This document shows, one piece after another, positions 8,636-18,233 of a DNA stretch of 64,000 nt; positions within the stretch are counted from its first letter, which is position 1, and the number at the start of each line of letters is the position of its first letter. The translations under genes were made by a program, and so were the position numbers. The notes beneath the pieces are model-generated. The model did not search any database. It was not told the origin of the DNA and saw only the letters and a list, made by a program, of their open reading frames with translations. The DNA lies in the IMG/VR virus record IMGVR_UViG_3300005673_000057, positions 11,041-75,040 of that record; one strand, written 5' to 3'. This DNA is from a virus (Duplodnaviria; Caudoviricetes).

Positions 8636-9274
8636 ATGCAGCCTATCGTTGTTACGAAGAATCTTAGTGCGGCATCTTCGGCTGGTATCGGCACATTCTC
8701 GTCAGCGGAAACCTCAGTAACGGTGAATTCCTCTTCGCTTGGGACTGCTAGGCGCATTGTTGTCTGGGGTTCTACAAGTGTAGCTACGACTTTCACCATT
8801 GTTGGCACGAATGGTGTTGGTCTTCCCATCTCGGAGGTTATAACTGGCTCTTCCGTTGGTGCGGCCGTAGCAACCACTCAGGACTTTCTTACAGTGACTT
8901 CTGTCACTCTTGGTGCGGTTGTGGCCAGTACGGCTGGTTACGTTGGGACCAACACTCAGGGCGGCACCCAATGGCAGATTATAGATACATGGCGCAACCC
9001 AATTAATGTTGGGTTCAATGTTACCCCAACCAGCACCTCTGTTGTGGCAAGCTTGGAATATACGATGGACTACCCATCGTATAGTACGGCATCTAAGTGG
9101 GCTGGCCAGAATCCAAATTCAGGGCCAGTAGCCGTGGTCTCTACTGCCTGCTCATCGGTTACTTCTGCTACCAACGGCAGCATTTCTTTCCCTTTTGCTG
9201 CTTGGAGGGTTACCCTTACGAGCACGTCGTCGGGGGCTGGGTCGGTTAATGCCACAATTGTCCAAAGTGGGTGA
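8636..9274 (+). CDS. Very Ser/Thr-rich putative virion protein
   Basis: 67 of 212 residues are S/T by manual count (about 32%); almost no charged residues. Confidence 0.6.
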   Translation: MQPIVVTKNLSAASSAGIGTFSSAETSVTVNSSSLGTARRIVVWGSTSVATTFTIVGTNGVGLPISEVITGSSVGAAVATTQDFLTVTSVTLGAVVASTAGYVGTNTQGGTQWQIIDTWRNPINVGFNVTPTSTSVVASLEYTMDYPSYSTASKWAGQNPNSGPVAVVSTACSSVTSATNGSISFPFAAWRVTLTSTSSGAGSVNATIVQSG

Positions 9275-9281
9275 TTCCTAC

Positions 9282-9310
9282 TAGATAGAGGGCAATAGAG
9301 GTGGTATAGG
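9282..9310 (+). promoter_or_regulatory. Candidate internal promoter before the transferase-like gene
   Basis: TAGATA-N17-TATAGG in a 66-bp intergenic gap. Confidence 0.3.
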
Positions 9311-9340
9311 CCCATTAGGCACAATCCCTAGAGGGTACTA

Positions 9341-10198
9341 ATGGGCAAGCTCACCCCCACATTCAAAGACCAACAGGCCGCCGCCAATGGCGGCATTCAC
9401 GTTATCCCTCCCCATGAGCCGCTCCCCGGCGAAGTGTGGGTCTCCTCTCCTGGAGAGGTCCTAGGCAAGAAACCAGAGGTGGAGGTGGTGGCAGAGCCAG
9501 CCCCACTTAAGGTTGCTTTAATTGGCACCGCGCCCTCCAGCCGCATGCTGGCTCCATTTAATGATCCTTCATGGCAAATCTGGGCGTGCTCGCCGGGTAA
9601 TCAGGGCCAGCTACCGCGTGTGGATATCTGGTTTGAGCTTCACGGCAATCTGCTCTGGCCAGAGAATATCTCCTACGGGGCTCCCTATCTGGAGTGGCTC
9701 AAGACCCTGACTATCCCTGTGATGATGCAGGACAATAAGCTGGTGCCGAATGCTACGCCATTCCCGATGAGGGAGATGGTGGATAAGTTCGGGCCCGACT
9801 TCTTCACCTCCAGCTTTGCGTGGATGATGGCCCTAGCCATTGACCGTGGGGCCAAAGAGATTGCCCTATTTGGCATAGATATGGCGTCGCGTGAGGAATA
9901 TATTCTTCAGAGGCCGGGCTTCTATTATTTCAAGTATCGGGCTGAGCAACTCGGGATTAAGGTGTGGGCCCCGAATGAATCTGATATTATGCAGTCGCCG
10001 GGGCTGTATGGATTCTCGGAGGTTACGCCGTTTGGCCGCAAGGTCTTGACGCGGAAGAAGGAGCTTCAGGATCGCGTCAATGCTGCCAAGCAGCAAATTG
10101 CTCAGTTGCAACATACAGTTACATATTTAGATGGTGCCCTCGAAGATATCGACTACGTGAGTCAAATCTGGGGTGGAGTGCAGAGACATGAAACCTAA
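9341..10198 (+). CDS. Putative CMP-nonulosonate-dependent glycosyltransferase (CstII/GT42, Maf/DUF115-like fold)
   Basis: KVALIGTAPS and FTSSFAWMMALAIDRGAKEIALFGIDM parallel the CstII motifs KKVIIAGNGPS and ITSGVYMCAVAIALGYKEIYLSGIDF (recalled from memory); C-terminal coiled coil. Confidence 0.55.
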   Translation: MGKLTPTFKDQQAAANGGIHVIPPHEPLPGEVWVSSPGEVLGKKPEVEVVAEPAPLKVALIGTAPSSRMLAPFNDPSWQIWACSPGNQGQLPRVDIWFELHGNLLWPENISYGAPYLEWLKTLTIPVMMQDNKLVPNATPFPMREMVDKFGPDFFTSSFAWMMALAIDRGAKEIALFGIDMASREEYILQRPGFYYFKYRAEQLGIKVWAPNESDIMQSPGLYGFSEVTPFGRKVLTRKKELQDRVNAAKQQIAQLQHTVTYLDGALEDIDYVSQIWGGVQRHET

Positions 10199-10326
10199 AA
10201 ATGATATGCCGACATGGCTAGTGCGGGATACGTTCTGTATTGGCGATGACGCCAGAGAGCGCTTATGAGGAGGCGAGCAAGTTAGCCAAGGAGCTACACG
10301 GGGAATTCTACAACGCTGGGGGCTAA
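10188..10326 (+). pseudogene. Internally deleted HNH-AP2 endonuclease remnant
   Basis: ATG overlapping the previous gene end (MKPKNDMPTWLVRDTF...). In another frame AYEEASKLAKELHGEFYNAGG*, matching the C-termini of the intact HNH-AP2 genes here (AKEFREELHGEF, AMERLHGEY). Confidence 0.55.
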
Positions 10327-10337
10327 GTCTAGGGGGA

Positions 10338-11921
10338 ATGTCACTAACCGTTACACATCCATTTGTTAGTCTGATTGCAGATAGCGGCAATACGTCGCTG
10401 GTGCAGCCGTCTGACTGGAATGACGATCATACTGTAGTTGGCGATGCTACTGCCACGACTGGCTATGTGTTGGTCGGTCAGGGGGCTGGTAGTGCGCCGA
10501 TCTGGTCCTCCAGCTTCCCCAGCATTATCACATTCCCAGATGGCGCAGTCGGCGCTCCCGGCATTGCATTTACCAATCAAACCACGACTGGCTTTTATCG
10601 TATTGGCTCTGGCAATGTTGGCCTTAGTCTTGCTGGCACTCTTTACTACAACTTCAATACTACGTCATTTTCCCCTGGAGCGAACGATCAGTTTTCTCTT
10701 GGTGTAAGCGGGACCGCGTTCGCTGATCTTTTTCTCGCTACTGGCGCGGTCATAAATTTTGGCGCTGGTAATTATGTTTTAACGCATTCTGCCGGGAATC
10801 TAGTTGCTACTGGGGGACCATTTACTGCCCCATCATTTATTCCATCTAGCTCGACGGTCCCGACGAATGGGATGTATTTGCCAGCGGCAAATACCATTGG
10901 CTGGGCCATTAATAGCACTGCTGAATTGCAACTGACTGCAAGCGCCTTGGCTCCTTCAACTACGGCTGGGCTAGATCTAGGAACAACATCCTTATTTTTT
11001 GGAACTGGGCACATAAATGCCATTTTAGCAGATGGTTCTGCTGGCAGAACTTGGCAGATAAATAGAGCCACAACTGGGGCTGGTCAGCAGCTTATTATCA
11101 GCGCTGGTGGGGCGCAATCTGGCGCTACTGACACAGCAGGCGGCGGATTACGACTTCGTGTCGGCGTTTCGACTGGCACGGCAAATACCGCTACCGCAGC
11201 CATTCAGCTTTACAAGCCGGGCGCGTCTGGTTCGTCCGACAACTCGATCTACAATGCGATCCTGTGTGCCTATACCGCCATCAATATGTCGGCGAACGAC
11301 AACGCGACGGCATGGCAGTTCAACGAGGCGGTCAACGGGAACGCAAGGTTTTATCTGAATATCATCCCGGTCGGCGCCGTCAATACGTCCGCAGGCTACT
11401 TCACCTTCTATGACAACTACGGTGACGGCTCGACCGGCTCTGCCAAGCAGGGCTATCAGCAGATCAATGGCATCGCCACCATCATCGGTGGCATGAAAAG
11501 GGTATCGTCGGATTTTGCCAAGACTTCTGATACCACATTGGCCAATATTACTGGGCTATCGATTAATGCTGCTGCCAGTAGGACCTATTTATTCGAGGCC
11601 ATCCTTTATACAACCTCAAATGTGGCCGGTGGCGTCAAATTTGCTATTGCGGGCACAGCCACTGCAACATCAATTGTTTATCAAGCCGTACTTTGGGATG
11701 GAGTTGGGACGGCAACGGCAGTTGGAACATCTAGGGCAGCAGCTTTGGCGACAACCGTTGGTGATGTTACGGCGGTAACTACCGCGTATGTGAGAATAAC
11801 TGGGACAATTACAGTGAATGCTGCGGGTACGTTAACGGTACAGTTTGCTCAGAATGCAAGCAATGGTGCCGCCTCTACGGTTCTGCGTGGTTCAACCTTT
11901 AATGTTTGGGAAGTAGTATAA
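10338..11921 (+). CDS. Tail fibre/spike-like virion protein
   Basis: N-terminal LVQPSDWNDDH motif, DGAVGAPGIAF-T-GFYR repeat typical of fibres; G/T/A/S-rich; mosaic codon usage. Confidence 0.65.
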   Translation: MSLTVTHPFVSLIADSGNTSLVQPSDWNDDHTVVGDATATTGYVLVGQGAGSAPIWSSSFPSIITFPDGAVGAPGIAFTNQTTTGFYRIGSGNVGLSLAGTLYYNFNTTSFSPGANDQFSLGVSGTAFADLFLATGAVINFGAGNYVLTHSAGNLVATGGPFTAPSFIPSSSTVPTNGMYLPAANTIGWAINSTAELQLTASALAPSTTAGLDLGTTSLFFGTGHINAILADGSAGRTWQINRATTGAGQQLIISAGGAQSGATDTAGGGLRLRVGVSTGTANTATAAIQLYKPGASGSSDNSIYNAILCAYTAINMSANDNATAWQFNEAVNGNARFYLNIIPVGAVNTSAGYFTFYDNYGDGSTGSAKQGYQQINGIATIIGGMKRVSSDFAKTSDTTLANITGLSINAAASRTYLFEAILYTTSNVAGGVKFAIAGTATATSIVYQAVLWDGVGTATAVGTSRAAALATTVGDVTAVTTAYVRITGTITVNAAGTLTVQFAQNASNGAASTVLRGSTFNVWEVV

Positions 11922-12893
11922 ATGACATTGCCAGCGCTTCTTACTCAAAATCCGGTCATAGGACCTTGGAATTACCTATCCATTGGATGTGGTCTGGAAA
12001 ACTGGTATGGCACGGGAACAAGTCAGGGTGGTATTTCCCTATATGCAGGGACGCCCGGAACAGTCCTATGGGTCGGACACGGGCAGGAGAATAATAACCC
12101 AGTTTATTTCATTACAACCGGAAGCCTGCTTTCTCCGCTTGTCCAGTATCAAACTTATTATGTCCGAAATAAAACACTGGACACATTTGAACTAGCTCTC
12201 TCGCCGGGTGGTGCATCAATCGCACTTACTGGCATTGCGGTCGGCTGGCATACGGCCCACTCCGATTGCACGCAGATCGTCTACACGCCGCCGAACTCGA
12301 CAACGGACACGATCTACAAGGTGATCTCTACTGGCGGCGGGGCGGGAGGTCAGAAGGGCAAGGGCGGGGGTGGTGCTGGTGCAACGGTCATCGAGTGCCT
12401 GTCGGGCATTCCGGCCAATACGCGATTGGTATTCATTAACGGCTCGGCTGGTCGCGGGACAGGCTTGGAAAGCTCGCCGGGCACGCCGTCCAGGGGCACG
12501 AATAGCACGCTGATCTATGGCGGTCCAGGACTGATCCCGAACGTCCCGACGAGGTTATGGGAAGCGACGGGCGGCAATCTCGCGATAGACGAGGCTGGCG
12601 GTCAGGGCGGGGACATTTCCGCTCTCGGCGGTCAGTACAATCTAGCTGACGGCACCGGGCCGTGCGTCAAGCAATCGTCGTGGGGAGTCAACGGCGGCAG
12701 CGGCACGAACTGGAGCACAAGCGGGACGCTCGGCGGCGCTTCTTATTGGGGTGGCGGGTTTAGCGGGGCTGATTTTCCGTCAGCAGCGGAGGGCGCAGGC
12801 GGCGGCTTTGATCCTTACGCGGCTTTGGGCGGCGTTGGATTTGAGGGCTATCATGGTAGAAACATAATTTGTGTTGTATATGGCCCCTTCTAA
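11922..12893 (+). CDS. Glycine-rich fibre-associated virion protein
   Basis: GGGAGG..GGGGGAG glycine-rich domain; N-terminal YYV-N-T-DTFELA-S-GG module. Confidence 0.55.
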   Translation: MTLPALLTQNPVIGPWNYLSIGCGLENWYGTGTSQGGISLYAGTPGTVLWVGHGQENNNPVYFITTGSLLSPLVQYQTYYVRNKTLDTFELALSPGGASIALTGIAVGWHTAHSDCTQIVYTPPNSTTDTIYKVISTGGGAGGQKGKGGGGAGATVIECLSGIPANTRLVFINGSAGRGTGLESSPGTPSRGTNSTLIYGGPGLIPNVPTRLWEATGGNLAIDEAGGQGGDISALGGQYNLADGTGPCVKQSSWGVNGGSGTNWSTSGTLGGASYWGGGFSGADFPSAAEGAGGGFDPYAALGGVGFEGYHGRNIICVVYGPF

Positions 12894-12913
12894 AGGAAAG
12901 GATAGCGTTTCAT

Positions 12914-13243
12914 ATGAAGCCAAAAATAGACTTCAACGCTAAATTCAAGGACTTAGACGGTAACGAAGTGAAGGACCGTCAGATGGGTCTTGACGGTAAG
13001 TTCACAGAGAGTGTGGCGACATTGGGGCGGGTGGCTGCCAATGCTCTTTTGGCTATGACCGATGAAGACAAAAGCATGACCGGGGAAACCAAGGTCAAGC
13101 GCTATGATCTGGCGATGCGTGTTGTCAAGGGAGAGACTTCCCTGAAGGCAGAGGAGATTGCGGATATTAAGGCTGCCATTGGCAAGCACTATACGCCGCT
13201 GATTGTAGGGCAGGCTTGGAAGATGCTTGATCCGGGCGAATAA
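12914..13243 (+). CDS. Conserved phage protein, possible fibre assembly chaperone
   Basis: MKPKIDFNAKFKDLDG...TLGRVAANAL...KVKRYDLA...IGKHYTPLIVGQAW pattern, downstream of fibre genes. Confidence 0.5.
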   Translation: MKPKIDFNAKFKDLDGNEVKDRQMGLDGKFTESVATLGRVAANALLAMTDEDKSMTGETKVKRYDLAMRVVKGETSLKAEEIADIKAAIGKHYTPLIVGQAWKMLDPGE

Positions 13244-13467
13244 TGGCAAACCGAGGAGCCAGAGTCTCTATTATAGAACTGGCTCCCGTTTACTCGGCAC
13301 TATCCGGTATAGAAACGGCATTTCCTGGTTTTAATGGGGCATTTCAGGTAGATGCATTTAACAGAAATGCATTCTGGACTGGTTCTGCCGCAGATTCCGG
13401 TCAGGCTACTGTATCTATTATTGAAATAAGGCCAGTATTTGCTAATATCAGCGGCATCGAGAGCTAA
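13243..13467 (+). CDS. Small virion protein with internal duplication
   Basis: VSIIELAPVYSALSGIET and VSIIEIRPVFANISGIES flank AFQVDAFNRNAF. Confidence 0.5.
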   Translation: MANRGARVSIIELAPVYSALSGIETAFPGFNGAFQVDAFNRNAFWTGSAADSGQATVSIIEIRPVFANISGIES

Positions 13468-13482
13468 TGGGGGTGCCGGGGG

Positions 13483-13767
13483 ATGCCGATTAATGTCCTC
13501 GAAGGGAATTCGGTAAAATTCGTGGTGGAGTTTATCTCCAGCGCCACCGGAAACCTTGTCTCCCCCACATCGGCCTCCATAACGATAGATTATTACGTGT
13601 CCGGCGTGGCGACTTCCACGACAATTACCCTAACCCAAGAAAACAGCTTCTGGACAGCCACATGGAGTAGCGCTGGTGCCGATCTTGGTCTTGTGACGTG
13701 GAGCACGGCTTCGTCTGAGACCACTAATCCGGCAGCCACTGGCGATCTCCGTATCATCGACCCATAG
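13483..13767 (+). CDS. Small Ig-like virion protein
   Basis: Alternating beta-strand pattern, Ser/Thr-rich, GGGG RBS. Confidence 0.45.
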   Translation: MPINVLEGNSVKFVVEFISSATGNLVSPTSASITIDYYVSGVATSTTITLTQENSFWTATWSSAGADLGLVTWSTASSETTNPAATGDLRIIDP

Positions 13768-13776
13768 GGGGCTTAA

Positions 13777-14472
13777 GTGGTTGTAAATACTTCTAAATCA
13801 TACGAATTTAACCCATCTTTGGGCGAGATGACGCTTGAGGCTTTTTCTCGTATCGGCATTCGTCCGTCAGAAGTGACCACGCAGCATATGTACCACGCCC
13901 GTCAGTCGGCTAACCTTGTGCTGTCTGAGTGGTCCGTACTCCAGCCAAACCTCTGGGAGGTTGGTCTTCAGTCTGCGCCCCTTATTGAGGGCAGTGCGAC
14001 ATATAGCGTTCCAGCCGAAACTGTGATGATTCTTGATGCTTATATTTCAACTGGCCTGACGGGCGACCAGCAGGATCGCTATATCATACCGATTTCACGC
14101 ACGGAGTATGCTTCCTATCCGAATAAGGAGCAGCAGGGCTTCCCGACTGTTTATTGGTTCGACCGCTTGATTTCCCCGACGTTTACTCTGTGGCCAGTGC
14201 CAGATGGCAATGGGCCGTATGTCCTGAATTACTATAGTGTGCGACAAACTCAAGATGCCGTCCTTGCCGGTGGCAAGACCATAGAGATTCCATATCGTTT
14301 TCTTGATGCATTTGCGGCGGCGCTGGCATGGCGTCTATCCGAAAAATATGCTCCTCAACTTGAGCAAGCCATGATGGCCAAGATGGAACGTAGTTGGCGT
14401 ATTGCGTCTACCAATGACACAGAAAATGTGAATCTCTATATCGGCCCGATGCTTGGCGGATACTATAGATGA
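13777..14472 (+). CDS. Head-tail adaptor / tail tubular protein A-like
   Basis: EAFSRIG...ARQSANLVLSEW...NLW, ISRTEYAS-PNK-QQGFPT-YWFDR and EIPYRF-DA-AA-LA-RLS patterns. Confidence 0.6.
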   Translation: MVVNTSKSYEFNPSLGEMTLEAFSRIGIRPSEVTTQHMYHARQSANLVLSEWSVLQPNLWEVGLQSAPLIEGSATYSVPAETVMILDAYISTGLTGDQQDRYIIPISRTEYASYPNKEQQGFPTVYWFDRLISPTFTLWPVPDGNGPYVLNYYSVRQTQDAVLAGGKTIEIPYRFLDAFAAALAWRLSEKYAPQLEQAMMAKMERSWRIASTNDTENVNLYIGPMLGGYYR

Positions 14473-15257
14473 GCTTCCGCCCGCAAGGCCGCTTTACAGT
14501 TGACCCTACCAGCCCAAGGGCGCGCGGGGCATGCGACCGTTGCGGAGCACACTATCAGCTAGATCAGCTAAAGTGGCAGTTTCAGTACGCTGGCGCGCGA
14601 CTTCAAAATTTGCGCATTCTCGTGTGCCGGTCCTGCATGGATGTGCCACAGGCGCAGTTGAAGGCCATCATCCTTCCGGCCGATCCGTTGCCGGTAATGA
14701 ACCCGCGCCCAGAAAACTATGTGCAAGATAACAATCCAATTTCTGGAATTGGGCAGAATGCCAATCCAGCGCTTGCTGGCACTAATATTGGTACACTGAC
14801 ATGGGGTGGCGGGACTTATTCTGCCTTTGACGGCAACACCAACAAGCCATTCCAGTTTTGTGCGTATATTGGTGTCTCTGGGAGCAGCTATGGGAATTGG
14901 GTTGGGAAAAATTGGGCGGCCGATCCTTCAGGGGTTAGCACTCCTTCGGACCTGACGGAATCCACTCTCTCGTACACAGCCAATGGCTTCACTGTAACTG
15001 CGCCGAATGACACCACATTTTTGGTTGGGTCCACGGCCGCAGTAACTTATCGCTTCCAAGGATCGTCTGACGCCAGCACATGGACGACGCTATACACCAG
15101 TGCTACGTCTGGTGCTGTTGGTCAGGAGATCACGGTCGATAGTCTTTCTGGTACAAACTACCAGTACCACCGCATCGACTTTGTTGGCGATGGCTCTAGG
15201 GCGATTGCCGTAGCGCAATTGGAGATCAATGTAAGCGATGGAGGGGCCAATGCTTGA
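14469..15257 (+). CDS. Virion protein: N-terminal Cys4 zinc motif plus C-terminal discoidin/F5-8C-like domain
   Basis: CDRCG...CRSC; YRFQGSSDASTWTTL...YQYHRIDF...VAQLEI. Confidence 0.55.
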   Translation: MSFRPQGRFTVDPTSPRARGACDRCGAHYQLDQLKWQFQYAGARLQNLRILVCRSCMDVPQAQLKAIILPADPLPVMNPRPENYVQDNNPISGIGQNANPALAGTNIGTLTWGGGTYSAFDGNTNKPFQFCAYIGVSGSSYGNWVGKNWAADPSGVSTPSDLTESTLSYTANGFTVTAPNDTTFLVGSTAAVTYRFQGSSDASTWTTLYTSATSGAVGQEITVDSLSGTNYQYHRIDFVGDGSRAIAVAQLEINVSDGGANA

Positions 15258-15456
15258 AGATTGGTCTCTTTGGCTTTTTTGGTTTCTTGGGGCGTTTGGC
15301 TCATTTTTGGCTATTGAGCTTACCCGGTTTTTTACTGGCGGGACTACTCTTACTGGAGTAGTTAGATCAATCTCACAGCGCTATCCGTGGACGATAGGTG
15401 GCATCTTGGCGGCCACTATTGTTTTGTTTGGGCATTTCTTTTTAGGGTGGCTGTAA
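15250..15456 (+). CDS. Small two-TM membrane protein
   Basis: Two hydrophobic stretches; GGAGGGG RBS. Confidence 0.5.
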   Translation: MLEDWSLWLFWFLGAFGSFLAIELTRFFTGGTTLTGVVRSISQRYPWTIGGILAATIVLFGHFFLGWL

Positions 15457-15457
15457 A

Positions 15458-16174
15458 ATGTCTCTTACATATACCACGTATGTGGATCAGATCGCCAACC
15501 TGCTCGTGATTGGCTCTACTGACTCCAATTTCCTGACGATGCTGCCGGGCATGATTGACTATGCCGAGGGCAGGATTTATCGCGAGCTAGACCTTCTGGC
15601 AACGTCCGTCACCTTTTCATCGCAAGCGCTAACGGCAAATAGCAGGACGTTAGCGCTATCGACGGCATATGGAAATCTTGTGCCGGACAATATCAATGTT
15701 ATCACGCCTGCTACTGCCACCTCCATCAGCGGCACTCGCGTGCCTTTAGTGGCGACTACGCCAGATGTGATTGACGCCATTTGGGGTAAGAACAATTCCA
15801 ATACTGGGACGCCGCAATTCTGGGCCTTTCAAGACAATGACACGATCATTGTGGGGCCATCTCCGGATGCTGCGTATCCGGTGGAGGTGCGTGCTATTCA
15901 GCAAAATCCAACGCCATTATCGTCTACCAACACAACGACGATTTTGACGGAGATGCTGCCAGACTTGTTTATTGCGGCATCCATGGTTTTCGGGTCGGCA
16001 TATCAGCGTGACTTCTCTGCGCAGGGGGATAATCCGGCACAGGGCATGTCATGGGAGAAGACTTATCAGGACTTGAAACAATCTGCTGAGTTCATGGAAC
16101 TTCGGAAAAAGTACCAAGGTCAGGGTTGGACCGCAGACCAACCTAGCAATGTAACGTCGCCGCCGAGGGTCTAG
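15458..16174 (+). CDS. Phage adaptor / head-completion protein
   Basis: MSLTYTTYVDQIANLL...MIDYAEGRIYRELDL, GTPQFWA, VGPSPDAAYPVE, PDLFIAAS patterns. Confidence 0.6.
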   Translation: MSLTYTTYVDQIANLLVIGSTDSNFLTMLPGMIDYAEGRIYRELDLLATSVTFSSQALTANSRTLALSTAYGNLVPDNINVITPATATSISGTRVPLVATTPDVIDAIWGKNNSNTGTPQFWAFQDNDTIIVGPSPDAAYPVEVRAIQQNPTPLSSTNTTTILTEMLPDLFIAASMVFGSAYQRDFSAQGDNPAQGMSWEKTYQDLKQSAEFMELRKKYQGQGWTADQPSNVTSPPRV

Positions 16175-16178
16175 CATC

Positions 16179-18233
16179 GTGCCGATGCAGAGCGTACAGC
16201 TTCGTCCCGGTGTGAACGTCGAAAGGACTCTTTCGGCGAACGAGGCTGGCGTCTCACAATCTCAGCTTATTCGCTACAAGGATCAGATGATCCAGACGTA
16301 TGGTGGATGGTCGCAGTATGTGCCATTCACCGTGCCGTCAACCGTGCGCGCCTTGCATGCATGGCAAGATGCCGCAGGGGATACCCACTTGGGTGTTGGC
16401 GCTACTGCCAATCTGGCAGTCATCACCAATGGCTCCAATGCCGACATTACGCCGCAGACGGCAACTATCGACTCATCGGCAGACTTCAGCACTACAAACG
16501 GGTCTCAGACGGTCACTGTCTCGATCCCGAACAGTAGCGGCTATCCATCTGTTTACAGTACCGTGTTTTTCAATACTCCGGTGAGCATTGCCGGGCAGAT
16601 CATCAGTGGTGCTTATGACATTGTGAGCGTGCTTAGCACGATCTCGTTTACAATCAGCCTGACCGACGCCGCTACTGCGACTTCCACAACTCGCACATTG
16701 CCGACTTTCACTTCAACGGCAAATAGCGCCACTATCTTTGTGGACTTCACCGACAATAACTATCAGTCAGTGACTGGTCTATTTTATCCATTCTATGCTG
16801 CAACGACACTGACTTCCAATCAGATTGTGGAGGGACCGTACCAAGTATCATCCATCATTGATTCGACAAGGTTTACTATCAACGCGGTAGCTCAAACTAC
16901 TGCGTCAGTGGGCCCCATTACCATGAATAGTTCATTGGTGCAGGCCAAGTTTTATGTGGCCATTGGCCCTGCCGCCAACAATGTCGGATATGGATCAGGT
17001 GGTTATGGATCAGGTGGTTATGGCGGCGTTGTTACTGGCGCTACTCCAGTAGCTGGGACGGCGATTACTGCTACTGATTGGACAATGGATAACTGGGGTC
17101 AGGTGTTGATGGCATGCCCAGAAGGCGGCCCGATCTACACATGGTCGCCAGACAGTGCATTGCAGACGGCTCAAGTTATCAGTGAGGCCCCATTCTTCAA
17201 TGGTGGAATCTTCATTTCCATGCCGCAGCAGATTCTGGTGGCGTGGCGCTCTTGCCAGCTAAATCCAGACAGGACTACAGGGGGCTGGTTGGCGCAGGAT
17301 AATCTCTTGGTGGTGTGGTCAGATGCCGAAGACTATACCAATTGGGAGCCGACGAATGCTACGGCTGCTGGCTCATTCCGCATTCCAACCGGCTCAATCA
17401 TTATGGGTGGCTTGCAGGCCGCCACTCAGGGCATCATTTGGACTGACGTTGATGCATGGAACATGCAGTATGTCGGTGGTGATGTTATCTTCAGTTTCAA
17501 TCGTCTAGGCTCAGGCTGTGGTCTGATTGGGAAGCATGCCGCAGGCACGCTAAGCGGCACTGTGTATTGGTGCGGCACAAGCAACTTCTTTACCTTGGGA
17601 AGCAGGGGTGTCGAGCCAATCAATTGCTCGGTCTGGGATTTCATTTTCCAGAATCTCAACACGACGTATCAATCCAAGATTGTTTGCGCCACGAATACGG
17701 CCTTCAACGAGGTCATGTGGCTCTTCCCATCGGCTACCAGCACTGGCGAGAATGACTCGTATGTGAAGTTGAATGTGCTGGAGAATGCGTGGGATTATGG
17801 GGTTATGTCCCGCACGGCATGGTTTGACGTGAGCGTGCTTGGCAATCCTATCGGTGTGGATACCAATGGTACGATCTACCAGCACGAGACAGGCACATCG
17901 CTAACCGGGGTTACTTCTCCGAACTTCAGGACCGGCTGGTGGTCCATTGCTGACGGCAACGAGATATCCTTTGTGGATTGGGTGCTGCCGGACTTTATCT
18001 GGGGCACTTATTCTGGGACCAAGGATGCGTCACTGACAATGACTTTCTACACCGTGGATTATCCGGGTGATACACCACGGACCTATGGCCCCTATACAGT
18101 TACGTCGGCAACGGAGTATATTAACCTCCGTGCTAGGGGCAGGCTAATGTCTGTACTGATTACGTCAGGGAATCCGCAGTTTTTCCGGCTGGGCCGGGTG
18201 CGGTTTCGTTGGGCATCTTCGGGGCGAAGATAA
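16179..18233 (+). CDS. Tail nozzle / DNA stabilisation protein (P22 gp10, T7 gp12-like)
   Basis: 684 aa beta-propeller-like; WTMDNWG, WSD-ED..NW-P, GCGLIG, NEV-WLFPS and GR-RF-W...GRR terminal pattern. Confidence 0.65.
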   Translation: MPMQSVQLRPGVNVERTLSANEAGVSQSQLIRYKDQMIQTYGGWSQYVPFTVPSTVRALHAWQDAAGDTHLGVGATANLAVITNGSNADITPQTATIDSSADFSTTNGSQTVTVSIPNSSGYPSVYSTVFFNTPVSIAGQIISGAYDIVSVLSTISFTISLTDAATATSTTRTLPTFTSTANSATIFVDFTDNNYQSVTGLFYPFYAATTLTSNQIVEGPYQVSSIIDSTRFTINAVAQTTASVGPITMNSSLVQAKFYVAIGPAANNVGYGSGGYGSGGYGGVVTGATPVAGTAITATDWTMDNWGQVLMACPEGGPIYTWSPDSALQTAQVISEAPFFNGGIFISMPQQILVAWRSCQLNPDRTTGGWLAQDNLLVVWSDAEDYTNWEPTNATAAGSFRIPTGSIIMGGLQAATQGIIWTDVDAWNMQYVGGDVIFSFNRLGSGCGLIGKHAAGTLSGTVYWCGTSNFFTLGSRGVEPINCSVWDFIFQNLNTTYQSKIVCATNTAFNEVMWLFPSATSTGENDSYVKLNVLENAWDYGVMSRTAWFDVSVLGNPIGVDTNGTIYQHETGTSLTGVTSPNFRTGWWSIADGNEISFVDWVLPDFIWGTYSGTKDASLTMTFYTVDYPGDTPRTYGPYTVTSATEYINLRARGRLMSVLITSGNPQFFRLGRVRFRWASSGRR

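Noticed and set aside
10338-13243. Invertase-driven tail-fibre switching (Gin/Cin type)
   Set aside because: The recombinase is more than 40 kb away, and no inverted duplicate fibre ends or gix-like sites were seen at the fibre genes.
16989-17023. 15-bp tandem repeat TATGGATCAGGTGGT
   Set aside because: Encodes the YGSGG-YGSGG-YGG linker of the nozzle protein; an ordinary coding repeat.
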